64,000 nt of DNA from positions 558,001 to 622,000 of the forward strand of contig SMSO01000033.1 of NCBI GenBank assembly GCA_004764695.1, read 5' to 3'. Shown one piece after another: positions 21,301 to 33,038 of the stretch. This DNA is from Schizochytrium sp. TIO01 (lineage: Eukaryota > Protista > Bigyra: Labyrinthulomycetes). The notes under the pieces were generated by a model. That model was not told the origin of the DNA and did not search any database. It worked only from the letters and a program-made list of their open reading frames with translations. Positions within the stretch are counted from its first letter, which is position 1. Every line of letters begins with the position of its first letter. The position numbers were made by a program, and so were the translations under genes.

Positions 21301-22867
21301 AATAAGAACGCTTCAAGCACGCTGACAGAACCACTTAATTTGATTAATTAATTGATTTTAAAAAATATAGTTTGTGTAGTCCACTCGAAGGTGAGGGTGA
21401 GTGACTCTGATCCAATGAAATGGGCCCGTAGACCTCAGCCTGACAACAGCCACTTTCACATGTCAGAGGTAATCATAGGTTAAAATACTGGGTGAAAACG
21501 CAAGCCCCAAATAATCATGGCCAACAGCGAGGAATATGATTTATCGTCCTACTAGTGCCTACATAGGCAGTAGTGGCGGTGCTACTGAAAAAGGTGAAAG
21601 TGCAGAATGATTGTGTTTGGTGTTGATTTATGTAGGTAGTAGGTAGTACCTATGTACACAATCAATCAATCAATCGATCCATCGATCAATCAATAAATGA
21701 ACAAAGAAATAAAGACATCTGAAACTTCTCGTTGGAATGCTTCTCGGGCTGAGCGAAGAAACAGAATGGGAGGAGCGACAAGTCAAGGTTTTTGCAAGGA
21801 CGCTCAACAGCACTGTGCACGCCCGTAGAGTACCAGCGTGTGGGTGCTGTGAAGCTTGGAAAGAGCAACTACGAGGTAGGCCGAAATCAAAGAGCCCCAC
21901 TCTCTTAAAATCCTTGAACTTGAAGTTGGGGGTTAACACTCAAGCCAAGACATTCCATTCACTCATTGCAACAGCTTGCTGCTGTAGGCAGGTAGGTAGG
22001 TAGGTACCTAGCGACGTAGTGCTGCCTTAACACGCGGTGTTCGAGTTAGATTGAATGAATGCAGTTGGGACCGGAGTGCGATTGATCTGTCTTCGTTCCG
22101 TCGTGAGTCTTTTCACTCTTCCATCTCAACTTTGCACAGTTTGATCATTCGTCGCGTGCAAAAGTGTTATAATGTTGAAGGGCCACCTGGTCCTTCAAGG
22201 AATACAAAGACCAGCTCCCTCCTTACTAGACTGAAATTCCCCGAGTGGAGAAATGTGTCAGTTTGTAACGTTAAAGAGTGCATTAAAAGTAGTAAATTTT
22301 GTTTTTCCGTGAGGGAGTTAAAAAGGGAAGTTTGCAGTGAGTATAGCTGAGTAGTGACGGAGCTTCATTATACTCAGCACGTGCCGAGTGGCAATGCTCA
22401 GTCAACACACATAATTGATTCATAGATTGATCACTAAGTCAAATCCACTACATGCTGTAATCTTTCCACGGACTGACAGAAAAGCAAAACCAAATCTCGA
22501 GCTCGCTGACGAGCGGTGTTTTGATCACTCGTCTATCTATCTATCTTTTCAGTGAGCAGCAACCTTGCTCGCTGTAACTTCGAGGTTTTCGGTCACATCA
22601 CGAATCGTGGCACGTAGTTTCACGCGCTCAGTACACAAGAAAGCCCCGTCTACACGCGAGAACTCTTGTCTGAAAGACTATCAGACAAGCAGGGCGTGGT
22701 GCAAATCGCGGAATTGTATACTGCTGGTCGAGACTTGAAAAGTCCTGACTTTGATCATTATCAACAAGCTCTTGCAGGCATATCCACAGCTTGCTTGCTC
22801 TGTGTGTTTTCAAAAGTTCTCTGTTAGTTGACTCGGTTGACTACTTTGTGTTTCTAATTTCATCAAG

Positions 22868-25800
22868 ATGGGTACTATGAAAAAGCTTTTCTGTGCTCCC
22901 GGTAGCGGGGCATCTTTGTCTCGCAACAAGGTGGAGACTGCCCCTGCCCCTACCCCAGCTGTTATTGAGCCAGGTGCTGATGCTGCTGATGAAACCCCCG
23001 AGGTTGTCGAGGCCAACGTCGGGGCCCGTGCCAGTCTTCGCAAATCTCTTTCAAAGAAGATTGGCTTGGACAGCATCGGTGGCGGCGAGAACCCTGCCGG
23101 AGATCGCTCTTCCAAGCGACTCTCTTCTCGTCTTTCTGGCCGCGGATCTCTTCGTGCTGCGTCTACTGTGATGGCATTTCCGAACTTTGAAGAGACTGTG
23201 AACCACGCTATCAACGGCATTGTGGTCCTCAATATGACCTACGAGCGCCCGTACGAGGGTGGCGGACGCGGCTGTGGTGGAGCTACAGGCTTTGTTGTCG
23301 ACAAAAAGTTGGGAATCATCCTTACTAACCGCCACGTCGTAACTGGTGCGCCAATGCGCGCAGTCGCAACCTTTCAGAGCAAGGAAGAAGTTGAACTTAC
23401 TCCAATCTACTCTGACCCCATCCATGACTTTGGATTCTTTCGTTTTGACCCGTCTGAGGTCAAGTATCAAGAGCTCGTGGAAATCCCACTCGCCCCAGAA
23501 CGTGCCAAGATTGGCACTGACATTCGCGTCTGCGGTAACGACAACGGCGAAAAGCTGGCCATTCTCAGTGGTACACTAGCTCGTCTTGACCGCAACGCAC
23601 CCATGTATGGAGGCCCGTACTCTGATCATAACACATTTTACCTCTCGGCTGCCTCAAACACCTCCGGAGGATCGTCGGGCTCTCCCGTCCTCGACAGTGA
23701 TGGTTATGCTGTAGGCCTTAATGCTGGAGGTGCATTCTTTGCTGCCTCAAGCTTTTACCTCCCCCTAGACCGTGTTGTTCGCACCTTCAAGTACATCCAG
23801 AAGGGTGAACTTCCTCCGCGCCGAACGATCCAGACAATTTTTGTGCATCAGTCTTTCGTGGAGGTAGAACGCCTCGGTCTTCCAGATAAGGAGCAGGCAG
23901 CCTTCCGCAAGAGCTTCCCGAAGTCGTCTGGTTTACTCACAGTTGACGAAGTCATTCCAGAGAGTCAGGCAGAGGCTTTGGGGCTAAAGCCTGGAGATGT
24001 ACTCATTCGCATGAATGGGAAGCGGATTTGTGATTTTGTTTCCTTTGAGGAAATCATTGACTCTAGCGAGCAAGTCACGCTCAACCTGCGCCGTGGAACT
24101 GAGGACATTGAGGTCAACCTTGACACTGAGGACCTGCATACGATGATGGCCACTGATCTCCTGGAGATCTCCAATGGTGCTCTTCACACTCTTTCCTATA
24201 TGCAAGCTGTTGCATCCCACCGCGCTGTTGGTGGTGTTATTCTTGCGCAGACTGGCTACATGTTTGACCGAGCCATGGTCCCGAGTAACATTGTCATCAA
24301 GGCGGTTGGTGACCAGCCTACGCCAGATCTCGAATCCTTCGCTCGTGCCATGGATAAGCTTAATGACCTTGACAAGGTTAGTATCACTTTCACAAGTGTC
24401 ATGGACAAGCACCGCAAGCAGGTTCGACCAATCCAGATTGAACGCCGCTGGTTCCCCTGGGTTCGTCGTGAGCGTACCTTCGAGGAGGGAGCCTGGGAGT
24501 GGAAGGAGCGCGCCTGGATCACGGAAGACGGTATCGAGGATGATACACCTGCACCGAAAAAGAAGGTTGATAACGGACCTCGCAAGGTCCAAGTGCTTGA
24601 TGAGGAGGACCCTCGCCTCTGTGTAGTTACCTTTCAGGCACCCATCCCTATCTCTGAAGTCATGTCGAACTCCTACATTGGCTGCGGTGTAATCATCGAT
24701 ACGAAAGAGGGTCTAGTGATCTGTGACCGTAACACTGTTCCTTCCACACTTGGTAATGTTTCTGTGACAATTGCCGGCACTGTGGAACTTGAAGCGAAGG
24801 TATTGTTTGTGCACCCAATGCACAACCTTGCTTTAATTCAGTACGATTCCAACAAGGTTGAGGTTGAGCTTGGTGAGAGTGAGGCTGCCACCCGTGGTCT
24901 CGGACTCGAGGCCGCAGAGCCGTCCCCAGAGGAGCTCAAAAGCGGTTCGGTGACGAAGCTGGTTGGCTTTACTGGTCAGATGCAGCAGGTCTCGCAAAAG
25001 GTCACCGTTACGGTTGTAAAGCATGTTCAATCTGGCACTGCAAACATGGACAACATGGGTGATTTCTTCCTCTTCTTTGGTGGTGGTTCCAACTTCTCTG
25101 GCGGTGCCAAGAACCAAATTACTATTGAGATAGATAACAACAACCTCGACAACGTTGGTGGAGTTTTGCTTGACGACGAAGGCCGCGTTCAGGCATTCTG
25201 GTTCGATTTCTGGGGATACAAGATGGGTGTACCAGCGTCTATTGTCTACGACGCAGTTGCCCGCTTTCGGGCTGGAGAACCTCTTCGCAGTCTTGCCTGT
25301 GAGCTTGGCACCATCCCGCTTTCCAAGGCCGCCTCTGCGCTTGGTCTCACCGATGAGTGGGTGGCTGAGTTTAGCCAGAGCTCGAAGAACCGCCATGTTC
25401 TCTCCGTTTCGACTGTTATGATTGGCTCCAAGTCCGATGGTAAACTTGAGCCTGGTGACATCATTTTGGCTATTGATGACCAGCCTATGGTAGACTACCG
25501 TGCTGTGGAGCAGGCAACCGCTGACAAAGATCAGGTCACCGTGACTGTACTTCGTGACCTGGCTGAGGAGGCGATTACCATTGATACTACAGAGCTTCCT
25601 TATGACGGCTGTACTCGTGTGGTTCTTTGGGCTGGTGCTATTCTTCAATCTGCTCCGCTTGACCTTGCTTTCCGTGGATTCCTTCCTGAGGGTTCTCAGG
25701 GCAAGGGTGTCATGTGCTCAGGTTTATACGGTGGTTCCCCTGCAAACCAGTACGGTTTGCGTACACAGGTATTCGTGACTGCAATCAACGAATTTCCCAC

Positions 25801-25981
25801 TCCCGACCTTGATTCCTTCGCAGAGGCTGTGAAGGATCTCCCTGATGACGAGTTCATTCGTGTCCATACCATGACATTTGACGGGGTCCAAGATGTCACA
25901 CCTCTCAAGCTTGATAACCTTTACTGGGAAAAACGTGAGCTTAACTACGACGAGGATACTTACAGTTGGGAATACGTATAA
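22868..25981 (+). CDS. NMA111: Nma111/DEG7-type HtrA serine protease with duplicated protease-PDZ architecture
   Basis: Triad motifs LTNRHVV, DPIHDFGF, NTSGGSSGSPV; GNDNGEKLAIL; second degenerate protease domain (FVHPMHNLA); PDZ domains; C-terminal LKLDNLYW. Confidence 0.9.
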   Translation: MGTMKKLFCAPGSGASLSRNKVETAPAPTPAVIEPGADAADETPEVVEANVGARASLRKSLSKKIGLDSIGGGENPAGDRSSKRLSSRLSGRGSLRAASTVMAFPNFEETVNHAINGIVVLNMTYERPYEGGGRGCGGATGFVVDKKLGIILTNRHVVTGAPMRAVATFQSKEEVELTPIYSDPIHDFGFFRFDPSEVKYQELVEIPLAPERAKIGTDIRVCGNDNGEKLAILSGTLARLDRNAPMYGGPYSDHNTFYLSAASNTSGGSSGSPVLDSDGYAVGLNAGGAFFAASSFYLPLDRVVRTFKYIQKGELPPRRTIQTIFVHQSFVEVERLGLPDKEQAAFRKSFPKSSGLLTVDEVIPESQAEALGLKPGDVLIRMNGKRICDFVSFEEIIDSSEQVTLNLRRGTEDIEVNLDTEDLHTMMATDLLEISNGALHTLSYMQAVASHRAVGGVILAQTGYMFDRAMVPSNIVIKAVGDQPTPDLESFARAMDKLNDLDKVSITFTSVMDKHRKQVRPIQIERRWFPWVRRERTFEEGAWEWKERAWITEDGIEDDTPAPKKKVDNGPRKVQVLDEEDPRLCVVTFQAPIPISEVMSNSYIGCGVIIDTKEGLVICDRNTVPSTLGNVSVTIAGTVELEAKVLFVHPMHNLALIQYDSNKVEVELGESEAATRGLGLEAAEPSPEELKSGSVTKLVGFTGQMQQVSQKVTVTVVKHVQSGTANMDNMGDFFLFFGGGSNFSGGAKNQITIEIDNNNLDNVGGVLLDDEGRVQAFWFDFWGYKMGVPASIVYDAVARFRAGEPLRSLACELGTIPLSKAASALGLTDEWVAEFSQSSKNRHVLSVSTVMIGSKSDGKLEPGDIILAIDDQPMVDYRAVEQATADKDQVTVTVLRDLAEEAITIDTTELPYDGCTRVVLWAGAILQSAPLDLAFRGFLPEGSQGKGVMCSGLYGGSPANQYGLRTQVFVTAINEFPTPDLDSFAEAVKDLPDDEFIRVHTMTFDGVQDVTPLKLDNLYWEKRELNYDEDTYSWEYV

Positions 25982-26674
25982 ATTTGCCTTCTTCATAATG
26001 AAAATATGTTTTCTTTTTTTCTTTATTCGTATGTGCTTCTGAAAGACATGCATTGCTGCACTATATCAATGGTGCTCACTTCAAGAGACGACTTGGATGA
26101 TTGGGGTCATAGGGCACCCGCAATTACGATGTGGTTCATCGTGTAAATTAGCAATCGAAAGCTCTCCCAAGCAAGTCTGACTGTTTCGGTCGAGCATATT
26201 ATTAAATTATTATTTCGCAGGATATGATTCACTGTACTCCCTGCTCATACAAAGGAAAGGTAAAATTTGTAAAAACTTGTATCGCATAGTTTGTATATTT
26301 CACTTCTCTATCTTTGCAGAGCAAGTGTGACCGAGCGACCAGCAAGATGATAGCGTGCACTATACTTCAGTATGTCTCTTGACAAGATATAATTTCAGAA
26401 GAACATCCATCTTACCTGAGTAGGTCGTATGAACCTACCTTACCAAGCTCTCCACTCTCACTAGTTAGAAGGGAATAAGTTAAAATCTTTTAGCTTGAGA
26501 ATACAAGAATGATACGCAGAACATCTGGAACTGAAGAACTTTCATGAGTAAATAGTAGAGAGGCAGGCACAAAGACCAAAACTATTCTAGGCTTCTTTCC
26601 TCGCGAGCTTAGCAACTTTAGACCAGGCTCGAGGATACGAGAAAGGTCACTGCGTACTACGCCATTCGGGTGAC

Positions 26675-27536
26675 ATGCCTAGTGTTGGATCCCCTCGGGC
26701 CGGTAGAGGTACAATTTCACCTCGGGCCTGGGAGGACCTGCTCGATGCTGTTGCGGTTCCTAAGCGGTAAGTCCCAACGAGGTGGCCAAGACATGAGCGC
26801 CAACATATGCTTGTACGCGCTCCCGAATCAGGGAGTCACGTGCAAACTCGTTTGCGCTTTGTGACGTTGAGTAATTGTTGACGTGATTAGCGTGAACACC
26901 GAGAGTGGTAAGAGAACTAACAGATCCGTATGAATATCCAGCGTGATTAATGATCTCTTGCTTGAGTTTCTCTTGACGGAGGGCTTTGTGCGATCAGCAG
27001 AGCTTTTCCGAGAGGAAGCAAATATTGCATTTGATGAGAGTGCCGTTGAAGGGGTGCTACAGCGCAATCAAATTCGCAATGCAGTGTTGACTAAGAACAT
27101 TGAGCAGGCTATGGAGCTGACGGACGAGATTTCACCAGAAATCCTTGCAAATAACCCAAAGCTTCTATTTCGATTGAGAAAGCACATCCTTATTCGTCAT
27201 ATTCGCAATGATAATATTGGGGAGGCCATTAATTTTGCTCAGACGATGCTAGCTCCACTTGTCGAAGAAGGTGACGACGCACTGCGGCAGGATCTAGAAC
27301 AAGTTCTTGCTCTGCTCATCTTTGACAATATTGATTCCTCCCCGGTTGCGCACGTGCTGCATGCAGGGGAGGTGAGCGAGACAGCTCGTATGCTAAATGC
27401 TGCCATTCTCCGTTTTGAAGGACGAGATGATGAAGCGCGTCTCTTGAAGCTTTTGCAAGAGACACAGTGGGCTCAAGATCAGCTCGGTGAAACTGGTCTA
27501 GACTTCCCTCCTGTTATTCGTACACCAAATCTTTAA
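26675..27536 (+). CDS. GID8: GID8/Twa1-like LisH-CTLH-CRA protein, two exons (26675-26766, 26942-27536)
   Basis: Exon 1 MPSVG...ISPRAWEDLLDAVAVPK ends at GTAAGT (26767); branch ACTAAC near 26916; CAG at 26939-26941. Joins in frame to VINDLLLEFLLTEGF (LisH), RNQIRNAV (CTLH), AINFAQTMLAP (CRA). Confidence 0.85.
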
Positions 27537-28013
27537 AGTTGCATCTCTTTTTTGTAGAAACATACTTATAGTCTTTGTTTCGTTAATTTCATCATGAAGC
27601 TATGTTATTCATAGGACAGTGGGGTCACTTTCACTTCCGACTCATTAATTCTACAACCTGCATAAAAAGTGTCTTCTAGTGAATCGCTATTCTACGTAAT
27701 AGTTCATAGTTCAAATTTGGAGCGCCATCAAAGGTTGCATGGATTACTTATTTAGAGGAGTTATCTATATACGAGATGTGATAACTTCCCCCACCCAAAG
27801 TTAATTTTTAAAGATACGATAGATATAAGAAAAATATATTACAGGATTGGTTCCAAGCGCAATATGATAGTATACCTTTTTCTGACCAACTACTCTTAAG
27901 CTCGTATCTGCATCCGTTTATATATTGATTTAAGCCAAGGTCTGCTCGATCGAGCAATTTCCTTTAAATGAAGGGTACGAAAGGAAAGCAGGGTTTTCTT
28001 TTTTCTATACTCA

Positions 28014-31000
28014 TTAAACAAGGGCGTCCTCTTCTAATTCCATCTTTGTGCAAAGAAAAGCAAGATATAAATCAGGCCCAGTGCAATTGCTATCACATGA
28101 AAGGTCTGAAGTGGTATCGATGCCAAAACATCGCTCTCTAAGAGTATCCCTTCGTGATGTAATTCGACCAATAGACATGGTCCATGTGTCATCAAGGCTT
28201 GCAACACCTGCATAACCTCCGAACATCCATAAGGTGTCTCCATGCACCGCGATTGCGGCACCAGTGCGTGGGACAGGTACTGAGTTCTGGTCTTCAAGAG
28301 TAATTACAGTTCTTGTGCCAGAATATACATCGAGCGAGCTAAGGGGTGCAGTATGAAATGAGTCAAACATCAAAATTCTACCCAAATTCAGCATGGGAAC
28401 TACTATCTCTGTGTCTCGAAATGCATCCATGCTGACTTCCCCGCGTTGATCCCAATTATTTGTTTGGATATTATATACCCACAGGTCATTGCGCAAACCT
28501 TCATTAGGGTCTTTGCCACCAAAAATGTAGATCGCCCCATTCAGCGCGAAGCTAGAATGACTATAGCGCGCAGGAGGACCACTAGTGATGTTTGTGAGGT
28601 TGGTCCAGCTTGGTTTGGGCTCACAAGGATGGATTTCTAACTCGAGTTGCCATGAAAGAATGCCCCCAGAAGTCAATTGGTCCATTTCTTCGTCTGCACT
28701 ATATATAGACCAACCCTCAGGATTGTACAAAACACCTTCGTACACAGATATTGGGGATGAAGGGCGGTAAGTTCCGCTTGTTTGAAACGCGAAAGCTTCT
28801 CGTAATGTTGAAGACGCATCATCATTTAAAGTGAGCTGCACTGTCTTATTGCTGTTAGGATTGCAGCTTGGGCGCGCGCTACTATCGCGATCAAAGACAA
28901 GTATACCAAGGGTATCATCCACGTTTCTAGCCTCGTATCCAGCCCCCCTGAGCCATATGCGAAGTGAATTCGGACATGGGTGATCGATGACCAAGGTAAG
29001 TTGTCTCACCCTGTTAATACATAAACTACCTGATTCCATGGAATCAATTAGAGAGCCCTCTGTTTCTACTCCTGGGGAGGGTAGTAATGCACCTTCCCGA
29101 AAATCTGCGAAATATACTGGAGAAGCGCTTTCTATTACCACATTGCTTGATTGCGTTGGATCATAAACATAAAAGCTGTTTAATGAGCTTCCCCTCCAAT
29201 CTTCACTCAACGAACTTTGAGACAGTGAGCTTTTGATTGTAAAGGAAGATATACGACCAGTTGTAGGATTGCGTGTAATACTAGGGGTTTCTCCCTGTTC
29301 ATTGGTCTGTGACACCTTTTCGAGATTTAAGCCGCCAAATATGTACAGGTAGTTGTTCCACTGCACGGCCGAGTGCAAGCCTCTACCTTCCGGTAGGGTG
29401 GTTTCTGAGAAACGGGTCTCGATTGTCCAAACCTTAGCATCCGGATCATAAACCCAAAGCTCATTAGACGAGCGTCGACCTTGAACACATTTTGCAGTTC
29501 GAGCTTCCCCTGGCAGCTCGCACGAAAAGCCATCGGTGTAACCTCCAAACAGGTAGATTCTGCCATTTTCGAGCCGAGTGGCACTGTGCCCGTGGCGAGG
29601 CATCCAACGCGCATTCTCGAGTGACATTTCAGATATGTCATCATTCGCTCGCCCACTGCCACTGGCAGGATCATCAGACCATGGTGTAGACAATAAGCGT
29701 GCATCGATATCACTACTAGTACGGAAGCGTGCTTCGATAGGCATGGCGAACGGTCGAAATGGAACACTAGACCATGCTGGGTATGGTGTTTCCTTAGTTC
29801 GTACCATTAAACTATTCCCAACCATTTCTGGGCCTTCTCGAGGTGATACTGCACGGATTCTTATGGAATAAAGGGTATCCGCTGTGAGTCCCTTGAGTAC
29901 TGTTTGGTTTACGTCATCAATATTCTTGATAACTTTGAAATCTTCGTTTCCAATACCAGTTGATGCCTCAATTAAATACCCTGCGCCACTTTGTTTGCTC
30001 CATTGCAAAGTAATACTAGAATGATTCTTGTCAGCTACCCATATTTTAGGGGCGATGTAGCCATACTCAACAGCCTCAGCTTGGTTTCTTGAAAGCATCA
30101 GATATGCCGAGTTTGCAAATGAGCTTCCTCCACCGCCACCAGCTCCTTCAACTCCACTGCCGCCTCCACCGCCGCCAAAGTACCCTCCTCCACCTCCACC
30201 TCCACCTTCAAATCCTCCTGCCCCATCGCCACCAAAGTTATGTCCTCCATTTGATGCAGACGTTGCCGGTGTTGCCAGAATTGAGGCAAGACTTCCACTT
30301 TGCCCTCCTTGTCCACCAAGAATGGTGGAACCTGCGAAACCAGGAACTGCAAGGATAGAATAGTCAGCAAGTGGAGCATGGCCTATATCTTTGTTATTGT
30401 GATCAGCAAAGAGTCTTGTGTTTGGGTCTACATCATCGAGGCCTAAAAGAACCAGGCTTGAGTCTGGCGTTGAGCCACTTTGATGCGCATCCCCACCATT
30501 TGCACAACAATAGTCTGAACCACCAGCGCCTCCACCTCCTGCGGCAGTGAGAATTGGTGTATCCATAGATGAGTGTAATAAAATGGAGCTTGCTCCACCT
30601 CCACCAGCACCATGTCGCAGAACACCTTTTCCGCCAGATCCACCTCCGTTCCAGCCGCCTTGGCCTTGTGACCCCCCAGCATGGCCACCGCCACCAACCC
30701 GCACGTGTAGTGCGCCAGTAAGAATTTGCTTTGATAATGTAGCTTGCAGAAATGCGCCAGCTCCGCCATGCGCTGTCTCTGGGCTCATACCAGTGCTACC
30801 TCCACCAGCGCCCCATAATTTTACCTCTAGAGAATCAATAAGCGGGTCATTTGGTATTTCATAGACTTCCGTTGAGCCTGTATAAAAGAAAAGCTTAGCA
30901 GGCCAAAAAGACTCTGCAATTCCACTTCCCTGTAATGAACGAGGGCGAATACTCACTAAGCCCGGTCCTCCTGCGAAACCATATTGTTCGCTTCCAATCC

Positions 31001-33038
31001 CCCCAGTGTTCAATCCACCGCCAACGCCAACGCCATTGACATACTGAGGGTCATCCGCATGTGGGGCACTTCCATTGACACCAATATCAAGAATAATATT
31101 GGCTAGCGCGCGAGATCGTGCGTCGAGTAGATCTAAGTTTGGTGGAGCATCAACAAGAGTTTCTGGAGACATTTCAGTCCGAATTGGACCTACAGGATCA
31201 GTCCATGATCCTGCACTCTGCCTTCCAGAATCAGTATCAATGTGAATTTCGCGCATTCGGAAAGCGTACCATGTGTATGGTTTTAGGCCGTTCACTGTAG
31301 CATTAAGGTACTCAGACTGGGGTGCATAACGTGGTAATATACCATTTTTAATGGTTGAAACTGCCACAGGGCCACCAGGGCCAGACCAATAGCCATCAGA
31401 GTCTCGAGATATGCTTTCAGAGATGACAACAAGCGGTGGTTGATCCCCTTGATGATATATTGAGTTAAAGACAATGGTGTATGTATATCCATGTTCTGTA
31501 GTCCGAGAGCTCCGTGTGACAGATTTCGCGGTAATGCCAAGACCAGACAATGCAGTGCGTAGTGCTGAAGCAGATATATCGTACGGGAGTGCAGAAGTTG
31601 GAGACCGAGTGTCTCGAAAAGCAAGTGTAAAAGAACCCCCGTTTATTACACCTGAGCCGGGATCAATTCGAGTAGTAATAGTTTGGACTTCTGCTTGGCC
31701 AGCATAGTATGGCGGCTGACCTTCCATGTTGACATAAGACCAGAGGCTATTATCTCCATCGAGAAATTCGGTAGACCTTCGACCATCTTTCAATTCTCGT
31801 GCTTGCATTTGAAACTCCAAAACTCGGTCGTGGTTTTGCGCCCAAGTTACAAGGATGCTTTCTGGACCACTGGGATTAACACTTAGCTCAATGTCACTGC
31901 GAGATTTCTCTGCAGTATGAATTGTCTTCGTTGTGGTATGTGTTGCATCTTGACCTGGAACTAATGCTCGGACTAAGTAATCAGTATCAGCTTCTAAATT
32001 ACCAGCAACGAAGTCCGAGGAATCTCCAGATGTTGCACGAGGAAGAGTTTGCCAGACCCCAGCGCTCATCTGAATTTGTATTTTTGCCCCCTCAGGAGCA
32101 CCTTGTAGTTGAACCCGAAAATAGTCTTCGGCAATACTTATGACCTGAATATTACTAGCAGTTGCGAGTTTTCGCCCCCCCGGGATCGATATTGTTCGAG
32201 ACGGATTAGAGTAGTGTGACCATACCAAAGTCCCGCGAAGGTCGCGAACCAGTGCTCGTACACGATACAAGTAGACTTTGTAAGGCTCAACAGAAGAATC
32301 ATCGAAGAAGCATTTGTCCTTGTAGGGATCGCGTTTATCTGGGTTGTTCAAGCAGGCAAATGACGATGTTCGACCAGGACGAATTTCAGAAACCCCAACC
32401 GTGCGAATTTGGCTTCCAAGAAAGCTCGCATCTAGCGTGCTTGCGACAACTTGTAAGGCTGGATAAGCTTCGCCTGCGTCCATGAAGGTAACTGTCCATT
32501 GATAGCCGCCTTGAGCGTCTGGTCCAGAGCGTTTTACCTGAACACTTTCGATATTACCAAGACTTTCGAGTGCATTCACGATCTCTCCTTCTGAAGCACT
32601 ATAACTGATCCATGGCGTTGTAGATGGGCTTTCAGGATCTGCATCGAAGAGTCCATCCTTCTGCATCGAGAGGCGGAAGAATCCCGATGTAATTGATTGT
32701 CCCTCATCTGCACGAGTCTCAATTAGCTGGACCTCCCTTGGCTTTGCTTCATTGGTTGCCATAACTCGCCCAACCTCGGCCCATGATGAGCCTAATTCTG
32801 CCCTTTCTACAGCAAAACCTTCACCGTTAAAAATAGATTCTTCTGATGCCAGCCAATGGACTTTCACAATCTTCTTGTTCTCAGCCAACTCAGTGGTTGA
32901 AGATGTTGACAAATCTACCTCAATGTCCATGAGAGCCTCAGCGAGCCGCATATTCCACGAAAAGGCTAGCATCGCTGCTATCAAGACGCGCAACGCGAGT
33001 CCCATCCCGCCGCATCTGGGCCTCGCCATGGCGGGCAA
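28014..33038 (-). CDS. Secreted multidomain protein: FN3 repeats, ALK/LTK-type glycine-rich domain, Kelch repeats, P-domain-like insert (1674 aa)
   Basis: Signal peptide; FN3 motifs (GLKPYTWYAFRMR, GLTADTLYSIRIRA); FYTG...VKLWGAGGG...GGGGGASSI Gly-rich domain; Kelch motifs PRHGHSA, IYLFGG, ARYSHS; IDHPCPNSLRIWL...GGILSWQLEL P-domain-like. Confidence 0.85.
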   Translation of the reverse strand: MPAMARPRCGGMGLALRVLIAAMLAFSWNMRLAEALMDIEVDLSTSSTTELAENKKIVKVHWLASEESIFNGEGFAVERAELGSSWAEVGRVMATNEAKPREVQLIETRADEGQSITSGFFRLSMQKDGLFDADPESPSTTPWISYSASEGEIVNALESLGNIESVQVKRSGPDAQGGYQWTVTFMDAGEAYPALQVVASTLDASFLGSQIRTVGVSEIRPGRTSSFACLNNPDKRDPYKDKCFFDDSSVEPYKVYLYRVRALVRDLRGTLVWSHYSNPSRTISIPGGRKLATASNIQVISIAEDYFRVQLQGAPEGAKIQIQMSAGVWQTLPRATSGDSSDFVAGNLEADTDYLVRALVPGQDATHTTTKTIHTAEKSRSDIELSVNPSGPESILVTWAQNHDRVLEFQMQARELKDGRRSTEFLDGDNSLWSYVNMEGQPPYYAGQAEVQTITTRIDPGSGVINGGSFTLAFRDTRSPTSALPYDISASALRTALSGLGITAKSVTRSSRTTEHGYTYTIVFNSIYHQGDQPPLVVISESISRDSDGYWSGPGGPVAVSTIKNGILPRYAPQSEYLNATVNGLKPYTWYAFRMREIHIDTDSGRQSAGSWTDPVGPIRTEMSPETLVDAPPNLDLLDARSRALANIILDIGVNGSAPHADDPQYVNGVGVGGGLNTGGIGSEQYGFAGGPGLVSIRPRSLQGSGIAESFWPAKLFFYTGSTEVYEIPNDPLIDSLEVKLWGAGGGSTGMSPETAHGGAGAFLQATLSKQILTGALHVRVGGGGHAGGSQGQGGWNGGGSGGKGVLRHGAGGGGASSILLHSSMDTPILTAAGGGGAGGSDYCCANGGDAHQSGSTPDSSLVLLGLDDVDPNTRLFADHNNKDIGHAPLADYSILAVPGFAGSTILGGQGGQSGSLASILATPATSASNGGHNFGGDGAGGFEGGGGGGGGYFGGGGGGSGVEGAGGGGGSSFANSAYLMLSRNQAEAVEYGYIAPKIWVADKNHSSITLQWSKQSGAGYLIEASTGIGNEDFKVIKNIDDVNQTVLKGLTADTLYSIRIRAVSPREGPEMVGNSLMVRTKETPYPAWSSVPFRPFAMPIEARFRTSSDIDARLLSTPWSDDPASGSGRANDDISEMSLENARWMPRHGHSATRLENGRIYLFGGYTDGFSCELPGEARTAKCVQGRRSSNELWVYDPDAKVWTIETRFSETTLPEGRGLHSAVQWNNYLYIFGGLNLEKVSQTNEQGETPSITRNPTTGRISSFTIKSSLSQSSLSEDWRGSSLNSFYVYDPTQSSNVVIESASPVYFADFREGALLPSPGVETEGSLIDSMESGSLCINRVRQLTLVIDHPCPNSLRIWLRGAGYEARNVDDTLGILVFDRDSSARPSCNPNSNKTVQLTLNDDASSTLREAFAFQTSGTYRPSSPISVYEGVLYNPEGWSIYSADEEMDQLTSGGILSWQLELEIHPCEPKPSWTNLTNITSGPPARYSHSSFALNGAIYIFGGKDPNEGLRNDLWVYNIQTNNWDQRGEVSMDAFRDTEIVVPMLNLGRILMFDSFHTAPLSSLDVYSGTRTVITLEDQNSVPVPRTGAAIAVHGDTLWMFGGYAGVASLDDTWTMSIGRITSRRDTLRERCFGIDTTSDLSCDSNCTGPDLYLAFLCTKMELEEDALV

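Noticed and set aside
8113-27536. Apparent cluster of ubiquitin/proteolysis genes (NEL ligase, WDR70, NMA111, GID8)
   Set aside because: Mixed orientations, long spacers and unrelated pathways; chance adjacency is sufficient in a eukaryotic genome.
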